A stretch of DNA of 64,000 nt. Origin: Dictyostelium discoideum (Eukaryota). The DNA lies in the NCBI GenBank assembly GCA_000004695.1, contig CM000153.2:4352001-4416000 (forward strand). The letters run 5' to 3'. The notes beneath the pieces were generated by a model. It saw nothing but the letters and a program-made list of their open reading frames with translations, made no database searches and was not told where the DNA came from. This document shows, piece after piece, positions 20,096 to 39,635 of the stretch; within the stretch, counting starts at the first letter, position 1; every line of letters begins with the position of its first letter. The translations under genes were made by a program, and so were the position numbers.

Positions 20096-21197
20096 ATGAT
20101 AATTAAAATGAAATTTAATAAAATAGTTTTAATTTTAATTTTAAATTTAGTTTTTTATTTTAATAATTTTATAATTTGTTTCAATGATGGTGGTAGTGGT
20201 GGTGGTGAAAATATTGAAAAAAATAATTATTGCCAAACATATTTATCAAATTATTTAAATGAAAAATGTGTTCAATTCTCAATTGTTGGAATTGATAGTG
20301 AAAATCTTAATCAAGAATCATTAAAAGGGAATTTAAAATTACTTGAAGATCAACAAATTTTAATTCCAGTTGGTAATATTATTAATTCATTAAATTCAAA
20401 TTTAAAAACATTTTGTAACAATAAAGGTTTATTACAACCAATAAGTGACCATTTAAAAATAAAAGATTTTAAATTATTAACCAATGGTACTATAAAAATA
20501 AATGATCTTTACTCTCAATTAAATTGTTTAAATCCTGATATTATAAATTTTAAATTAAATAATTTTTCTTATTTATTTTCTGTAAGTTATTAATTTTTTT
20601 TACAAAAAAAAAAAAAAAAACAAAAATAATATTAAACATATGTAATTTTTTAAAATAATTATTTAGTTAAAAGGGTTTCAAGAATGTCCAAGTATATTAA
20701 ATATTGGTGAACCATGTAATCAAAATAAAAATAATGGTGATGGTAGTGATAATGATGGTTTATTATCACCAATTTCTCAATCAAATTTACCAAAAACTTT
20801 ACCACTTTGCCAACCTCGTGATAATCCATTAGAGAGTAATTATTGTCCAGGTAGTTTTGAAACAATTGAAAAAAACAATGGTAAACCATTTGATATTTTA
20901 TTAAATGTTTCAATAGTATCTAAAGGGTTAGATAAATTTGGTGATAATTATTATCAACATAAAGTGATTGTAACAAATCATGAATCATATGGTGTAAAAG
21001 ATGTAAGAATTCACTCATTACAATTTTTACAATATGTTCCATACCATCCACGTTATCCAAATGGTGATTTTTTAGTACCAAAATCTTCATCTCTTTTAGG
21101 TTCTGGAAAAGAATATACTTTTATTTTTAATTGTACTCATCAATATCCATCATTATCTGTAGTTAATTTAGTTAGAGGTATACCACCACCACAATAT

Positions 21198-21203
<6 letters not shown>
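20096..21203 (+). CDS. Secreted Cys-containing protein of unknown function (signal peptide); join(20096..20581,20667..21203)
   Basis: The hydrophobic N-terminus KIVLILILNLVFYFNNFIICF suggests a signal peptide. The intron is 20582..20666 (donor GTAAGT, acceptor ATTTAG) and joins in phase 0 to the frame of track ORF 20964..21203, whose 'M' is GTG. There is no family match I can name. Confidence 0.5.
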
Positions 21204-21244
<41 letters not shown>

Positions 21245-21321
21245 TTTGTTTTATTTAAATAAAAAAAATAAATATGGAATACATTTATTTAATAATTTTT
21301 CATTTTTATTAATAGAATATT

Positions 21322-26505
<5,184 letters not shown>

Positions 26506-26989
26506 AATAAAACTTTAAATGAAATTCTTGTTTTAGTTTTGTTGTTGTTGTGTTATTGTTGTTATTATAATTAAGAAAAATTAGGTTTATTATTAGTATT
26601 TATTAAATTAAAAAAAAAAAATTTATGTGAAAATGAAAAAAAAAAAAAAAAAAAAAAAAATTTAACCCAAAAAAAAAAATAAAAAGAAAAAAAAAAAAAA
26701 AACCATTTCGTTGTGGAAAAAAAAAAAAAAAAAAAAAAAAAAAAGGTTGAAAAGGGGTGAGAATTGTGGTTAACCCTGTGTTTGTGCACATATATTTATA
26801 AAAATAAAAAAAATGGATGCCATAAAAACCAAAAGGGATTCTTTTTTTTTTTTTTTTAATCTTTTGTGGAGAAACACAAGAATGTGTTTTTTTTTGTTGG
26901 TGCATTTTTTTTTTTTTTTTTCATCATAATTTTTTGTTGTTATTAATTATTTTTACTATTTTTGATATATCGGTTGTTTTTTTTATTAC

Positions 26990-27029
<40 letters not shown>

Positions 27030-28272
27030 TTTTTTTATTTTTTTTATTTTCTATCATTATTATTTTGTAGCTATTAATAGGATTCTGAACTTACATAGCT
27101 GATAAAAAAAAATAAAAAATAAAATAAAAAACAATATAAAAAACACACACACACTAAATTGTATATATGTTAGTTTTATTATTATTTTTTTGTAATTTTC
27201 TAAAGTGATGAATAATTTTTTTTTTTTTTTTAGTTTTTTTTTTTTTTATTATTTTTTTTTTTTAAATTAATTTTATTTTATTTTATTTTATTTTATTAAA
27301 TAATTTAAATGACAGAGTTTTAGCAAAAGGGAAATTATTTAATAATTAAGATTAGTCGCAGGGCTTGAGGGCAAATCGGGGTCTAATTTTAAAAAAAAAA
27401 ATTTAAAAAAAATTAAAAAAAAATAAAAAAAAAAAAATTCCTTCTTTGCAAAGAATTTAAAAATGAGGTGGACAATTTGCTTAAACTGAAAAAAAAAAAA
27501 AAAAAAAATTAATTATCAAACTTTTTAAAAATGTAAAATACTTTCACACAATTTTCGAAAAAAATAAAAAATAAAAAAAAATTACCAAAAAAAAAAAATA
27601 GTTACTAAAAAAAAAAAATAATTACAAAAAAAAAAATAATTACCAAAAAAAATAAAAATAAAAATAAAAATAAAAATTAAAATAATAAAAATAATTCCAT
27701 GTAATCATTTATTATTTTAATATTTACCCCACTTTAGGGCATAAAACGGTTTTATTTTGTGGTTTATTTTAATTTTTTTTTTTTTTTTTTTTTTTTATTT
27801 TTTAGAGGCTGGACCTTTACGTGCAATAATATATATAAAAAAAAAATAAAAAAATTTTTTTAAAGGTTTAGTAAAAAAGTATTTATTTATTTTTTTAAAT
27901 AAAAAAATTTCAAAAAAATTTCATAAAAAAGTATATATTTAAATTTAAATACTTGTATTTCATTAATTATTTTATTGCTTTTTTTTTTTTTTTAATTTTT
28001 TTAAAACTAACTGTCATTTGTGATTTTATTATTATTTTTTTTTTTTTTTTAATTTTTTTTTTTAATTTTTTGAAATTCACACACCAAAAAAAAAAAAAAA
28101 AAAAAAAACAAAATTTTTTTTTTTAAATTTTTTCTTTTATTAAATTTTTTTTTCCTTACTCAACATAATTTTAGATAACCCAACATTAATTATATAATTA
28201 ATTATTTTTTAATTTTTTAATTTTTTTTTTTGCTTCCTTTTCAAGTTTAACAACTAAAGCTACTCAAACAAG

Positions 28273-28590
28273 ATGACAACCACAACACAATACAAAGATA
28301 TTGAAACCAAATCCTATGAAGATATTACCAAGGCAGCCAAAGATCTTGATGTTTTCAAGAAGGGTAGAAAAACAAAGGATGCTTTAATCAAAAGAATCCA
28401 AAAGAAATTAGGTGAACCAGCAACAACCACCGCAAAACCAACTGCTAAAGCCGCCGCAAAACCAAAAGCCGTAGTCACTAAAGCTCCAACAACCACCGCA
28501 ACCAACAAATCAGCAGCAGCTAAAAAAGTCACTGATAAAAAGAAAAAAGAAGAAGAAGATAAAGAAGAAGATGACAAAGAAGAAAAATAA
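28273..28590 (+). CDS. Small basic SAP-motif protein with a histone-H1-like AKP/TTT-rich tail and an acidic C-terminus
   Basis: This is a single 105-aa exon. The N-terminus [34 protein letters not shown] fits the SAP helix-loop-helix pattern (L..L.V.EL+.EL..RGL...G.K..LI.RL). It is followed by a [17 protein letters not shown] tail. Codon usage (GCC/ACC/AAG) is typical of highly expressed genes. Confidence 0.6.
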
Positions 28591-28634
28591 ATCAATTATC
28601 AAATCAACATTTTAATCAATCAAAAAAAAATAAA

Positions 28635-28671
<37 letters not shown>

Positions 28672-28906
28672 AAGCAAAAAAGATAATAAAAAAATAATAA
28701 AAAATGTACATGTATTTCCAAATCAATATTCCATTTTATTTTATTTTATTTTTATTAAATAAAAAAATAAAATTATAAATCTTAAATAATAAAAACAAAA
28801 AATAAAAATTAAAAAAAAAACTATTACTAATATTTTCATTTTTTTTATTTTGTTTTTTTTTTTTAAATTATATTATTAGCTGTTGAAAGATTCTGTTAAA
28901 AAATTT

Positions 28907-28940
<34 letters not shown>

Positions 28941-29592
28941 CAAAAAAAAAAAAAGAAATCAAAATTAATTTAAATTGTTTTGTGTGATTTACAAACACAA
29001 TTTTTTAAATTAAAACTATAAGAGTTTAATTATTATCATTCATTTTTTGTAATTGTTTTTTATTTTGAGGAAAAACGAGAAAACTTATAAAAAAAACAAA
29101 TAAAAAAATAAACATAAATTCAATAATACCAAATCAATTTTTTTATTTATTTTTAAATAAAAATCTATTTTTTTAATAAAATTTATTTCATAAAAATTGT
29201 TCTATTCTTTTATTTGTTATTTCTCAAATTTATTAAATTATTATTTTTTTAGTTTTTTTTATAAGTTTAATTTCTTTGTTTGAGGTTTTCCAATGGTTTA
29301 TGATTGAAAAAAAAAAAAAAAAAAAATGGCTCCATTTATAAACTTATTGAGAATTATTTGATCAAATAATTCTCAATTTTTTTTAAGGATTTTTTAAAAA
29401 TAAAAATTACTAAGGAAAATAAAAAAGTAAAAATGTTTACTAAAAAAATTTCTAAAAATGAACAAAAAATTTTCTTCGAAATTGATTTTTTGTAAAAATT
29501 TTTTTTTTTTTTTCTTTTTTGTTTTTTTAATTTTTTATTTTTTATTTTTTTTTATTTTCAATTATCTCTCGTTTTTATTATTAAAAAAAAAA

Positions 29593-31192
29593 ATGTCAGG
29601 TCTCATATACAGGAAAATCTCAAACTTAGCAGGATTCTCATTATGTAATATTTTTGCATATGTTATATATGTTTCATCAATTAAACATAGTAAGTTTATT
29701 CTCAATATTGTATTTTTTTTTATTTTTTACTAATAATTTTTTTATTTTATATTTTATTTTTTATAATAATAACAATAGAGGGAAATAAAAATTTAGTTAC
29801 AATTATAGGATCAGATAATGATAAAGATATAATTAAAATCAATATTTTTTTTAGTGATAAAGATAAAGAATTTTTAGAGTCACTTACATTTGGAGCAATT
29901 GTAAAAGTTCAAAGATTAAAGATAACAAAAATCGAAAAAGAAAAGAATAGCAGTGTTGGTAAAGGTGATTTAGACGATCATGATAGAGGTTTTAATATAG
30001 TTTCAATAGCAACCCATTGTGATATAAAACGTGGAGATCTACCAACTTCAACAATCGAACATTTCACTTGGGATGAAGGAGAGAAGAAAATCTGTTTGGA
30101 TATGAGAGAGAAATGGAAAAATTATAGTTCTGTTTGGGCTGAACATTTAAAGAGTAGTTCTTATGGTATAAGAAATCATTCTGTTGTACAATCACTACCA
30201 CAACAACAAACAAACAATACATCTGGTGCAACAACAACAACAACAACAACAGGAAAAGTTAAATTCACATTTACAAGTATTGAAAATTTAAAACCAAATA
30301 CATTTGTTAGTTTAGTAGCAAAGGTTTTAGAGAAAACATTTACAGTTGGTAATGGGGGTAAACGAGCAACAATAAAATTATGGGATGGTACAGGTCAAGA
30401 TGTAATTTGGGTTAATGATCAACCTACTTTGGGTAATACTATCTTTGTAAATACATGGGAACAAAATTTAATCAATGATATCGATGGTTTAGAACAAGAT
30501 TCATGGGTTTCAATAACTGGTGCAAAAGTATCAATATACAAAGATATCTTAGAGATTAAATTATATAAAAATTCAAAGATCTTTCGTTTGGATGATAATA
30601 GTCAATTGGTTCAAACAATTTTAAAAAATTATAGAATAAAATGTGATATTGATACAAATGATAATGATAAAGTTAATAATGAAGATGCTGATGCTGATGC
30701 TGATGGTAGTGATGAAAAAAATAGAAAAAGAATGAAAACTGATGGTAGTGGTGGAAATGAAGGGGAGGAAGAAGAAGAAGAAGAATATGATCCAATTTAT
30801 CGTGATATTAAAGTAACTGAAACTCATTATCCTCATATAACAACCACCACAATTGCAGATGTTTTATCAAAAAATCAAAAAGTACCAAATAAATTTAAAT
30901 TAAATGTATCATTTTCTCAACATATTCCATTGAATGTTCAAGATTTCTCAAGAATTCATTGTAGAGTTTGTCAACATGCAGCAGATTACTATGATAGTTC
31001 AAATACAAATAGAGATCAAGAGTTAATTTCATGTTCTGCATGTGGTTCAAGCCAAACTGATTATATCTTTTTATTTAAATTTATTTTAAAAGATTCAACT
31101 GGTGAAATTCCAATAATATTTGCAAATCATGCAGTATGTATAATTATTATTAATAATTAATTTTTATTTTAATTTATTAATATCTTTTATTA

Positions 31193-31278
<86 letters not shown>

Positions 31279-31490
31279 TTATTATTATATAGAATTACTT
31301 TTTAAATATGATACCATGTAGTTTATATAATAATACAGATGCGTTATCTTCAATTGAATCAAAGTTAAAAATATTAAAGAAGCCAAATCTTACATTTGAT
31401 ATTTGTATAATGTCATATTATGAATCTGGAAAAGAAAGATTACCAGAAAACGTCAAATATCAAGCATTCGATACAAAATTAACAATTTAA
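29593..31490 (+). CDS. POT1-like telomeric ssDNA-binding OB-fold protein (candidate); join(29593..29689,29779..31133,31293..31490). The last intron is optional; the alternative model ends at 31160.
   Basis: Exon 1 is MSGLIYRKISNLAGFSLCNIFAYVIYVSSIKH with a GTAAGT donor at 29690. Exon 2 starts at the AATAG acceptor at 29779. The product has GAIVKVQRLKITKIEKEKNSS (cf. POT1 OB1 [20 protein letters not shown]) and RATIKLWDGTGQDVIWVNDQP (cf. POT1 OB2 LLKVWDGTRTP). There is a GTATGT donor at 31134, and a 159-nt intron containing (ATT)28 would join in frame to ORF 31308..31490. Confidence 0.55.
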
Positions 31491-31619
31491 TCGTATATTT
31501 TTAGAAGAAATAAATGATATAAATTGTTTTTACTTTTTTTTTTTTTTTTTTTTTTTTTAATTATAAATAAAAACTATAAATAAATAAACTTTAAATAAAA
31601 TTAAAAAAAAAAAAAGTAT

Positions 31620-32244
31620 TTAAATATGTTTTTTATTATTTATATTGTTGTTAACACTATTATTATTATTATTATGATGATCGCCAGGAGTAGAATTATT
31701 ACTACTATTACTTAATGATAAATTTTGAATTGTTAAAGTTAATGATGATAAAGTTAAAGATAAAGTATCTGTAATGGATTTTAAAACTGCAATTGATTCT
31801 TGTAACGATTCGTTGTTATTATTGTTATTACTATTGTTATTATTACTATTATTTTCTTTTTCTTTTTGTTGATATGGTTTTATACAATTTAAAATCTTTA
31901 ATCTTGCTCCCAATGTAGGAATACATAAATCTTCGATTAAATGCTTTTCTGTAAGAAATCCTAAATTATCTAAAGTAATATCATTCATTATAAAATTATC
32001 TCTATATTTTTGTAACCCATTTTGGTTAATCCATTCAACAATTGTTGATGGTGTTTTCATCTTTTTAACTGTATTATTATTATTATTATTATTTCCATTA
32101 TTATTTATAGAATTACTTATTGTATTATTAGATGATACTGGAGGAGATGGTAATGTAATAGATGAATTAGAAGAGGATGAAAGAGATGGTGGTGGTGATA
32201 ATGAAAGAGGTTTAGGTATTATATTGTTATTATTGTTATTATTG

Positions 32245-32300
<56 letters not shown>

Positions 32301-33776
32301 ATGTCTAGGTGGTGATTTTTCTTTAATTGATGGTTTAGTTTCATTTACTTCATTATTATCATCGATGTTTTCATTTTTATTATTATTGTTGTTGTTGTTA
32401 TTAACATTATTTAAAATTGAAGGAGTTGTTTGAGGAAGTATTGGTGGGGAGGGTGTTGGAGATATTAAGTTTGTATTTGAATTATCTGATGATAGTTTAA
32501 CAGGTCTTAAACGTATTCTTTTCTTTGGTTGATTTTCTAATTTTAATAATATCTTTTCAACATCCAGTATATGTATATCTTTATCACCACCTATTATTGG
32601 TGTAATACCACCATATATATATATTTTACCAGAGTTACTAATTAAATTTGAAGTATGATAGGAACGTTGTGGTGGGATAGATGTTTCATTGGTTGATATA
32701 TGTTTCCAAATCAATGAATCTGGTGAGAATATAAAACAATCATTTAAAACTTTTAATGATTCAGTATTACCAAAATTACCAGTACTACCACCAATTAAAA
32801 TAAATACATCATTATTTAAATTTGAATTATTATTATTACTATTATTATTACTGCTATTATTAATTGGAGTATATTTTAAAAATGTATGACCAATTCTATT
32901 TACTGGGAATGGACCAGTTGGAGAAAATGTTTGAACATTTACCCTCCAAGTATTTGTTGATAGATCTAATATTGAAAGATTATTATAATCGGATGATTGA
33001 GAAGTGTTGTTGATAGTTTCTTTTGATCCACCAAAAAAATAGAGATAGTTATTATGAAGGGTACAAGAATGACCCCAACTATAGGGTGGTATATCACCAT
33101 TACATTGAGGTATTGACCATTTCATTGTATCCAAATTTAAAATATATAATGAATTGAAGGTTGTATTTGATCCATCATTACCACCGAAAATATAAATTTT
33201 ATTATTTACTAATGTTGCTGAATGTCTTTGTCTACCTGATGGTTTATCACCAAATGTTATTACTTCTTTCCATTCACCATCGATAATAGTACCATTATCA
33301 CTACCACCAATATTATTATTATTACTATTATTATTTTTATAAAATATCATTGAACTTGAATCAATAATCAATTCTTCTTTATCATTTGAGGGGGAAGAGG
33401 TTGTTGTTGTAGTTGTGGTTGGTGCTGTTGGTTGAATTATCATGCCACCAAATATAAAGAATGAATTAGCATCATTTAATAGTGTACAAGAATGACCTAT
33501 CCTTTTTAATCTTGGTTTATTTATGTTATTTGTTTTTATTGATACTTTTGCTTGATCTACCCATTTTTGTTGTTCAATTTGATAAAATAATATATTGCTT
33601 AAAATTGAGGTAGTTGTAGTGTTATTATCATATCCTCCATAAAATGCTAAGGTATTATTATTGTTATTATTAGCATCACCACTAAATAAAACTGATGAAT
33701 GTGATGATATTGAAGTTATATTATCTTTAATTGATACCTTTGACCAAATTTGATTGTTACTATTTGACGTTGCCAT
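31620..33776 (-). CDS. Kelch-repeat beta-propeller protein with a C-terminal SAM domain and a poly-Asn linker
   Basis: A single 718-aa ORF has repeated Kelch signatures (GHSCTL..., IYIFGGNDG..., YLYFFGGSK, WS/WR motifs). The C-terminal TIVEWINQNGLQKYRDNFIMNDITLDNLGFLTEKHLIEDLCIPTLGARLKILNCI fits a SAM fold. Confidence 0.75.
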
Positions 33777-33984
33777 GTTTGAAAATTAAAATTGATATGT
33801 TTATTCGATAATATTGTTTTTATTTTGTTTAATTTATTTTTTTAAAAAAATAAAAAAAAATAAAAAAAGTAATTATAAAATTTTAAAATTTTTTCTGTAT
33901 TTGATTAATTTTATTCATTTATTCATATAACCTTCAAAGAAAATGGGGAAAAATTTCAAAAAAAATTTCAAAAAAAAAAAAAAA

Positions 33985-34015
<31 letters not shown>

Positions 34016-34020
34016 AAAAC

Positions 34021-34052
<32 letters not shown>

Positions 34053-34296
34053 GTATTAAAATAAACCCATATCTTTTTTTTTTTATTTTATTTTGTTTTA
34101 TTTTATTCTCTTTCTTGATTTTTTTTTTTTTTTGCCCAATTAGCAAATTAATAATTTTATTTTATATTATTTTTTATTTTTTTATTTTATTATATTTAGT
34201 ATCATTACTAAACCATAAAATTAATATGTTTTTAAATATAAAATAGTAAAAATTATAGGTGGTCAAGTTAAAAATCTAAATTAGGAAAACAACAGC

Positions 34297-34333
<37 letters not shown>

Positions 34334-34578
34334 TATTTTTTTTTGGTTCCCGCCAAATAAATTTAAAAAATTGAGTTTTATTTTTTTTTTTTTTTTTGAA
34401 AATGGTTTTTTATTTTTTTATTTTTATTTTATTTTTATTTTCTTTTTTTTTTATATAATATTAATAACAATTGATATATATACACATATAATAAATAATA
34501 ATTAAATAAATAGTTTTTTTTTTTTTAATTTATATTATATTTATTGTATATATATAAAAAAAAAAAAAAAAAAAACAA

Positions 34579-35703
<1,125 letters not shown>

Positions 35704-36039
35704 TTGATAATAATAATAATAATTTAAAAAAAAAACTATAAAAGTAATATTACTTTATTTTATACATATTCAAAAAAAAAAAAAAAAAAAAAAAAATGAC
35801 AAAAGAAAAAGAACTATTATAATTGCATTATTATTTAATAGTAAAAAAAAAAAAAAAAAATAAAAAGAATAAAAATTTTTTACATATTCATACAAATAAA
35901 AAAAAAAAAAAAAGAAACGTCTTATTTCTCTTCACTACTAATAATTGATTTATAATTTTATTAAAATATTAATTTTATTGAAAAAAAAAACAAATTCTCT
36001 CTATTTTTGATTTTATATACATTTATTTAGAGAAAATAC

Positions 36040-36099
<60 letters not shown>

Positions 36100-36114
36100 T
36101 TATATATTTAAAAT

Positions 36115-37608
36115 TTAAAAACCACTTGTCATATAACTTGAGCCAGCATATGCACTTGAGTGATAACTTGGACCAGATGGAGATAATAAAAAGACATGAC
36201 CCATTTCTCTAGTAAACATTGAACCTAAATTTGAAATTTCTTGAGAATTAAAGAATTTCTTCTTTTTTGGTTTTTCATCTTCTTTTTTCTCTTCAATATC
36301 AGAAGCTTCTGTTACATTTGGTGAATGTAAATCCTGTTGAGATGTAAATAATTTCTTTCTAAATGTTGACATTTTCATTGATACGGTACTATATTTTGTA
36401 AATGGTTTACCATTTCTATTTAAATTAATATCATCATTTGAAGAAGTAGTATTTGTTGGGAAAACAGTGGAAGAAGATGAAGCTACATTTCTTTCATCTT
36501 CATCTGTCATATCTGCTCCACTTAATTTTGAATTTAAACTACCAGTAGTTTGAGATTTTGATATTGTATTAAATCCATTCATTGAGGAGTTTTTCATTGA
36601 TTTCTTTCTAGTCAAAGTATTAAAGAATCTCTTTGAAAGGGTTTGTGATTTTTGATTCTTTGGAACATCTTTATATGAATAGTATCCACTATTATTAAAG
36701 TAATCAGCTGCAATCATTTCTTCATAGTTTTGTTGTTGTTGATTTACACCAACTGATGATGATGATGTTGGACTTTCTGTTGTATCAATGATTGGTGTTT
36801 TATTAAATAGATTTAATAATTCTGCTTCTGCCTTAGTTTGGAATCTTTCTCTTTTAATATGACGTTGATGTTGATGTTGATGTTGATGTTGATGTTGATG
36901 TTGATGTTGATGTTGATGTTGATGTTGATGTTGATGTTGATGTTGTTCTTCATCTTCATCTTCTTGTGGTGGAGGTGGAGGTGGTGGTGGGAGTAAAAGT
37001 TCTTGTTTTTGTTGTTGTTCTTGTTGTTGTTGTGGTGGTGGTGGTGGAGGAGGGAGTTGAAGTGATGATGAACCTTTTTCAATATTGTCATCGGTTTCTT
37101 TTTGTTGTTCTTCCTCCTCTTCTTCTTTTTCACATTCAACAACATCTACAAATGGGTGAGATGGTAATGGTACTGTATCGTTACAATTAATATTTTCATC
37201 ATCATTTAAATCATCGACTTTCATTGTTCTTAATAAATCTTCATTAACTTCATGTACTGATAATGGACTATTAATTTCTTCTAAAATTTCATCAGTTTCT
37301 TTATCTTTATTTTTTTCATTATCTTCTTTAGAAATTGAAATTGGTTCTTTGCCCAATCCATTAATTATTGGTGTTGGAAGTTTTTGTTGTTCAGAAATTT
37401 CTGGTGAATCTCCAACTGGTAAATCAAATGGTCTAGATGGTAAGCTTGGAATCTTTGGAATTATATCTGGATTATATTGTAATTGAGTTGATGGTGGATT
37501 TGGATTCTCAACAACATTTTCATTAATTATTTGTTCATTAAATTTTTGATCTTCAATTGAAATTGGTGAAGTTTCAGTATTATTTGGTTTTGAGTTGTGT
37601 GTTCCCAT
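36115..37608 (-). CDS. N-myristoylated (MGTHNSK) acidic low-complexity protein with polyPro and a (His-Gln)19 repeat; function unknown
   Basis: A single 497-aa ORF. The (CATCAA)19 repeat, read as GATGTT on the + strand at 36838-36950, encodes HQHQ.... It is flanked by PPPPPPP and E-rich segments. The protein starts with an MGxxxS N-myristoylation consensus. Confidence 0.55.
   Translation of the reverse strand: MGTHNSKPNNTETSPISIEDQKFNEQIINENVVENPNPPSTQLQYNPDIIPKIPSLPSRPFDLPVGDSPEISEQQKLPTPIINGLGKEPISISKEDNEKNKDKETDEILEEINSPLSVHEVNEDLLRTMKVDDLNDDENINCNDTVPLPSHPFVDVVECEKEEEEEEQQKETDDNIEKGSSSLQLPPPPPPPQQQQEQQQKQELLLPPPPPPPPQEDEDEEQHQHQHQHQHQHQHQHQHQHQHQHQHQRHIKRERFQTKAEAELLNLFNKTPIIDTTESPTSSSSVGVNQQQQNYEEMIAADYFNNSGYYSYKDVPKNQKSQTLSKRFFNTLTRKKSMKNSSMNGFNTISKSQTTGSLNSKLSGADMTDEDERNVASSSSTVFPTNTTSSNDDINLNRNGKPFTKYSTVSMKMSTFRKKLFTSQQDLHSPNVTEASDIEEKKEDEKPKKKKFFNSQEISNLGSMFTREMGHVFLLSPSGPSYHSSAYAGSSYMTSGF
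36838..36950. repeat. (GATGTT)19 hexanucleotide repeat, which is (CATCAA)n on the coding minus strand and encodes (His-Gln)19
   Basis: Perfect hexamer periodicity can be read directly. It lies within CDS 36115..37608. Confidence 0.9.
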
Positions 37609-38092
37609 TTTTTTTATTTTTATTTTTTTTTTTTTATTATTAAAAAAATAATAATAAAAATATTTATTTATTTATTTATTTATGTGAGTAGGTGTTAACG
37701 AAAAAAAAAATATAAAAAAAATTTTTTTAAAAAAATAATGAACTTTATTATTTCTTTTTATTTTTTATAATTAAAAAAAAAAAAAAAACTATTATTTTTA
37801 TAATTTAATTTATTAAAAAAAAAAAAATTGTACAATAAAAGGAAATAAAAATATAAATTATTTAAAATAAAGAACAAAAAAATATTTACAAATTAAAACT
37901 ATTATAAAATAAAAATCTATATGTAATTATTGTAATAAACAAAAAAATTAATAATTATAATTTAAAAATAAAATTTTTTTGATTTTTTGATTGATTAATT
38001 TTTTGATTGATTGATGATAAATTTTATTTTATTACAATACTAATTTATACAAATATATTAACAAAAATTAAAAAAAAAAAAAAAAAATTTAA

Positions 38093-38137
<45 letters not shown>

Positions 38138-38273
38138 TTATTTCTATTTTTATTTTTAATTACAAATAATTAAATAATTAAATTTTTTTATAAAATTAAA
38201 AGTTAAGATATAAAACGATAAAACAAATGATTTTTGGCTATATTATTATATGTTTATATATTTTTTTAAAATT

Positions 38274-38306
<33 letters not shown>

Positions 38307-38431
38307 GAAAGGAAGGAAAAAAAAAAAAAAAAAAAAAAGGGGGGGGGGGAAGGCCTTTTGAGTTTTGATAAATCAAAAAATTTTTTTAAAAAAAAAAAAT
38401 TTAAATTTTTTTAAATAAAAAAATAAAAATA

Positions 38432-38467
<36 letters not shown>

Positions 38468-39635
38468 AACAAACCAACCACCTTTCCTTTTTTATTATTG
38501 CCATCAAAATTATATTGGGCAAAAATTATTGAATAAAAAATTCAAATAATTAGTGTGTGTTTAGGTGTTTTGGTTTTCTTATACAAACATATGAATTTTA
38601 TTTTTTTTTTTTTTTTTTTTTTTGTAAACAATTCAAATATAACAAAAATCAAATATCACACACACACACTCACATTTTCTTTTTTTTTTTTTTATTGTAA
38701 TTTATTCTGAATTTAGCTGTTTATTGTTATTTTTATTATTTTTTTATCAAATTTTTAAATAAAACCCCCATTTTCTCTTAAACGGTGTGGTTTTATTTTT
38801 ATTTTCCTAAAAATATTTATTTTTAATTTTTATTTTTAATTATTTTATTTTTATTTTCACAATTTTGCCATTTTTGGAAACCATATGTTGTTAGAATACA
38901 CCATTTCATTGTTTCTATTTTTAAAGAATCAAACCATTCCTATGTTCGTACTCACAAACACACTAACTCACACTCATCCCAAAAATTAAACACTCTTAAT
39001 TGTTATATAACAACACATAACGACACAATTTTAAGTATATACTGATATAATATCGATGGATTAGATTATATGATGAGATCAAACACTTCTATTAAGTGTT
39101 TAATAATTAAAAATAATTTAAAAAAAAAAAAAAATATAATATTTTAAAAAAAAATATAATAATAAAAAAAATAAAAAAAAAAAAACTTAAAAATGATAGT
39201 ATATGTGGTTCAAATCTAATTTTTTAAGATAATTTTGAAATATTTATTATTTTTATTATTATTATTTTTATTATTATTATTTAAAAAAATATTAGAATAA
39301 TGGGGGGGAGGAGACAGGGGACAATAATAATAAATTCTAATAAAAATAATAATATTATTTTTTTTTTTTTTTTTTTATTTATTTAATTATTATTAAAAAA
39401 AAAAAAAATTATAAAAAATGATATGTTTTGAGTCAGACACTGCTTGATTCCCAATCAATATTCTTTAATCTTCCACACAATCATTCGAATGATTTTTTAA
39501 TTTTCTCTCAGGAGATTTTTTTTTTTTTTTATTTTTTTTATTTTTTTATTTTTTTTTATTTTTTTTATTTTTATAAATAATTTTATTATTTTTTTTTATT
39601 TTTTTTTAGTCAAAAAAAAAAAAAAAAATCTAAAT

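Noticed and set aside
26571-26905. Two minus-strand ORFs rich in Phe/Lys
   Set aside because: They are translations of homopolymer T/A runs in intergenic DNA, with no complexity.
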